Shown: positions 57,418-57,519 of the stretch, piece by piece | Numbering within the stretch: the first letter of the stretch is position 1 | Layout of the letters: every line of letters starts with the position of its first letter | From: an uncultured Spirochaetota bacterium | Lineage (GTDB): Bacteria; Spirochaetota; Spirochaetia; SZUA-6; Fen-1364 | Assembly: GCA_963845535.1 (NCBI GenBank) | Contig: CAWJSK010000009.1 | Location: 1-57,519 of the forward strand | Reading direction: 5' to 3' | DNA length: 57,519 nucleotides | The notes under the pieces: generated by a model | Told to the model about the DNA's origin: nothing | Database searches by the model: none | Seen by the model: only the letters and a program-made list of their open reading frames with translations | Made by a program: the position numbers and the translations under genes

Positions 57418-57519
57418 GAAAAGCATAGAGACTTATTGAGCGGTGTTGAGAATGATAGGAACTCTCTTCATTGGACGTAGAGCGTCATAGAGTATCGTCG
57501 GACGCGTGTTTGATGCTTT

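Larger units (their letters stand above)
51618..57519 (+). mobile_element. compact integrated satellite-like element at tRNA-Val; right end at or just beyond the window edge
   Basis: tRNA, integrase, HTH, Xis, Rep, DnaB, DUF5681, Rap1a-like; TGTAGC doublets at both ends; no structural or conjugation genes; left boundary approximate. Confidence 0.8.

Noticed and set aside
57079..57519. Coding sequence at the window end
   Set aside because: Minus-strand frames are short or overlap the Rap1a-like gene; the region is better explained as att-proximal non-coding DNA.

Overview
GC-rich bacterial chromosome segment, most likely a Spirochaetia-type organism (inferred from a spirochaete-style small beta-barrel protein and small RLG/MshEN-like proteins; not proven). 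It has a mobile element at each end. (1) A ~17.2 kb island lies between the 3' half of a tRNA-Gly(CCC) (1-44) and a near-identical direct repeat (17221-17267). It carries two XerC-type recombinases with altered catalytic motifs, ankyrin and SPFH genes, a 9 kb cyclic beta-1,2-glucan synthase coupled to a YghO-like GNAT, and an AT-rich three-gene module (TIGR04255 protein / small protein / PemK-like protein) that looks like an undescribed toxin-antitoxin or defence system. (2) A core region follows: URO-D/FGGY/shikimate kinase, Liv and sugar ABC transporters, LysR-YeiH, ArsR-SRPBCC, two ATP-grasp enzymes, iorAB, carAB, a dnaE2-like gene preceded by a perfect 24-bp palindrome, and asd. (3) A compact (~6 kb) capsid-less, satellite-like element is inserted at tRNA-Val(TAC): integrase, HTH, Xis, Rep with internal iteron-like repeats, DnaB helicase, DUF5681/TerS-like protein and a Rap1a-like immunity protein. 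Matching TGTAGC doublets at both ends predict its attR just past the window end. Three core genes contain single frameshifts, probably sequencing indels. All family calls come from motif recognition, not database searches.
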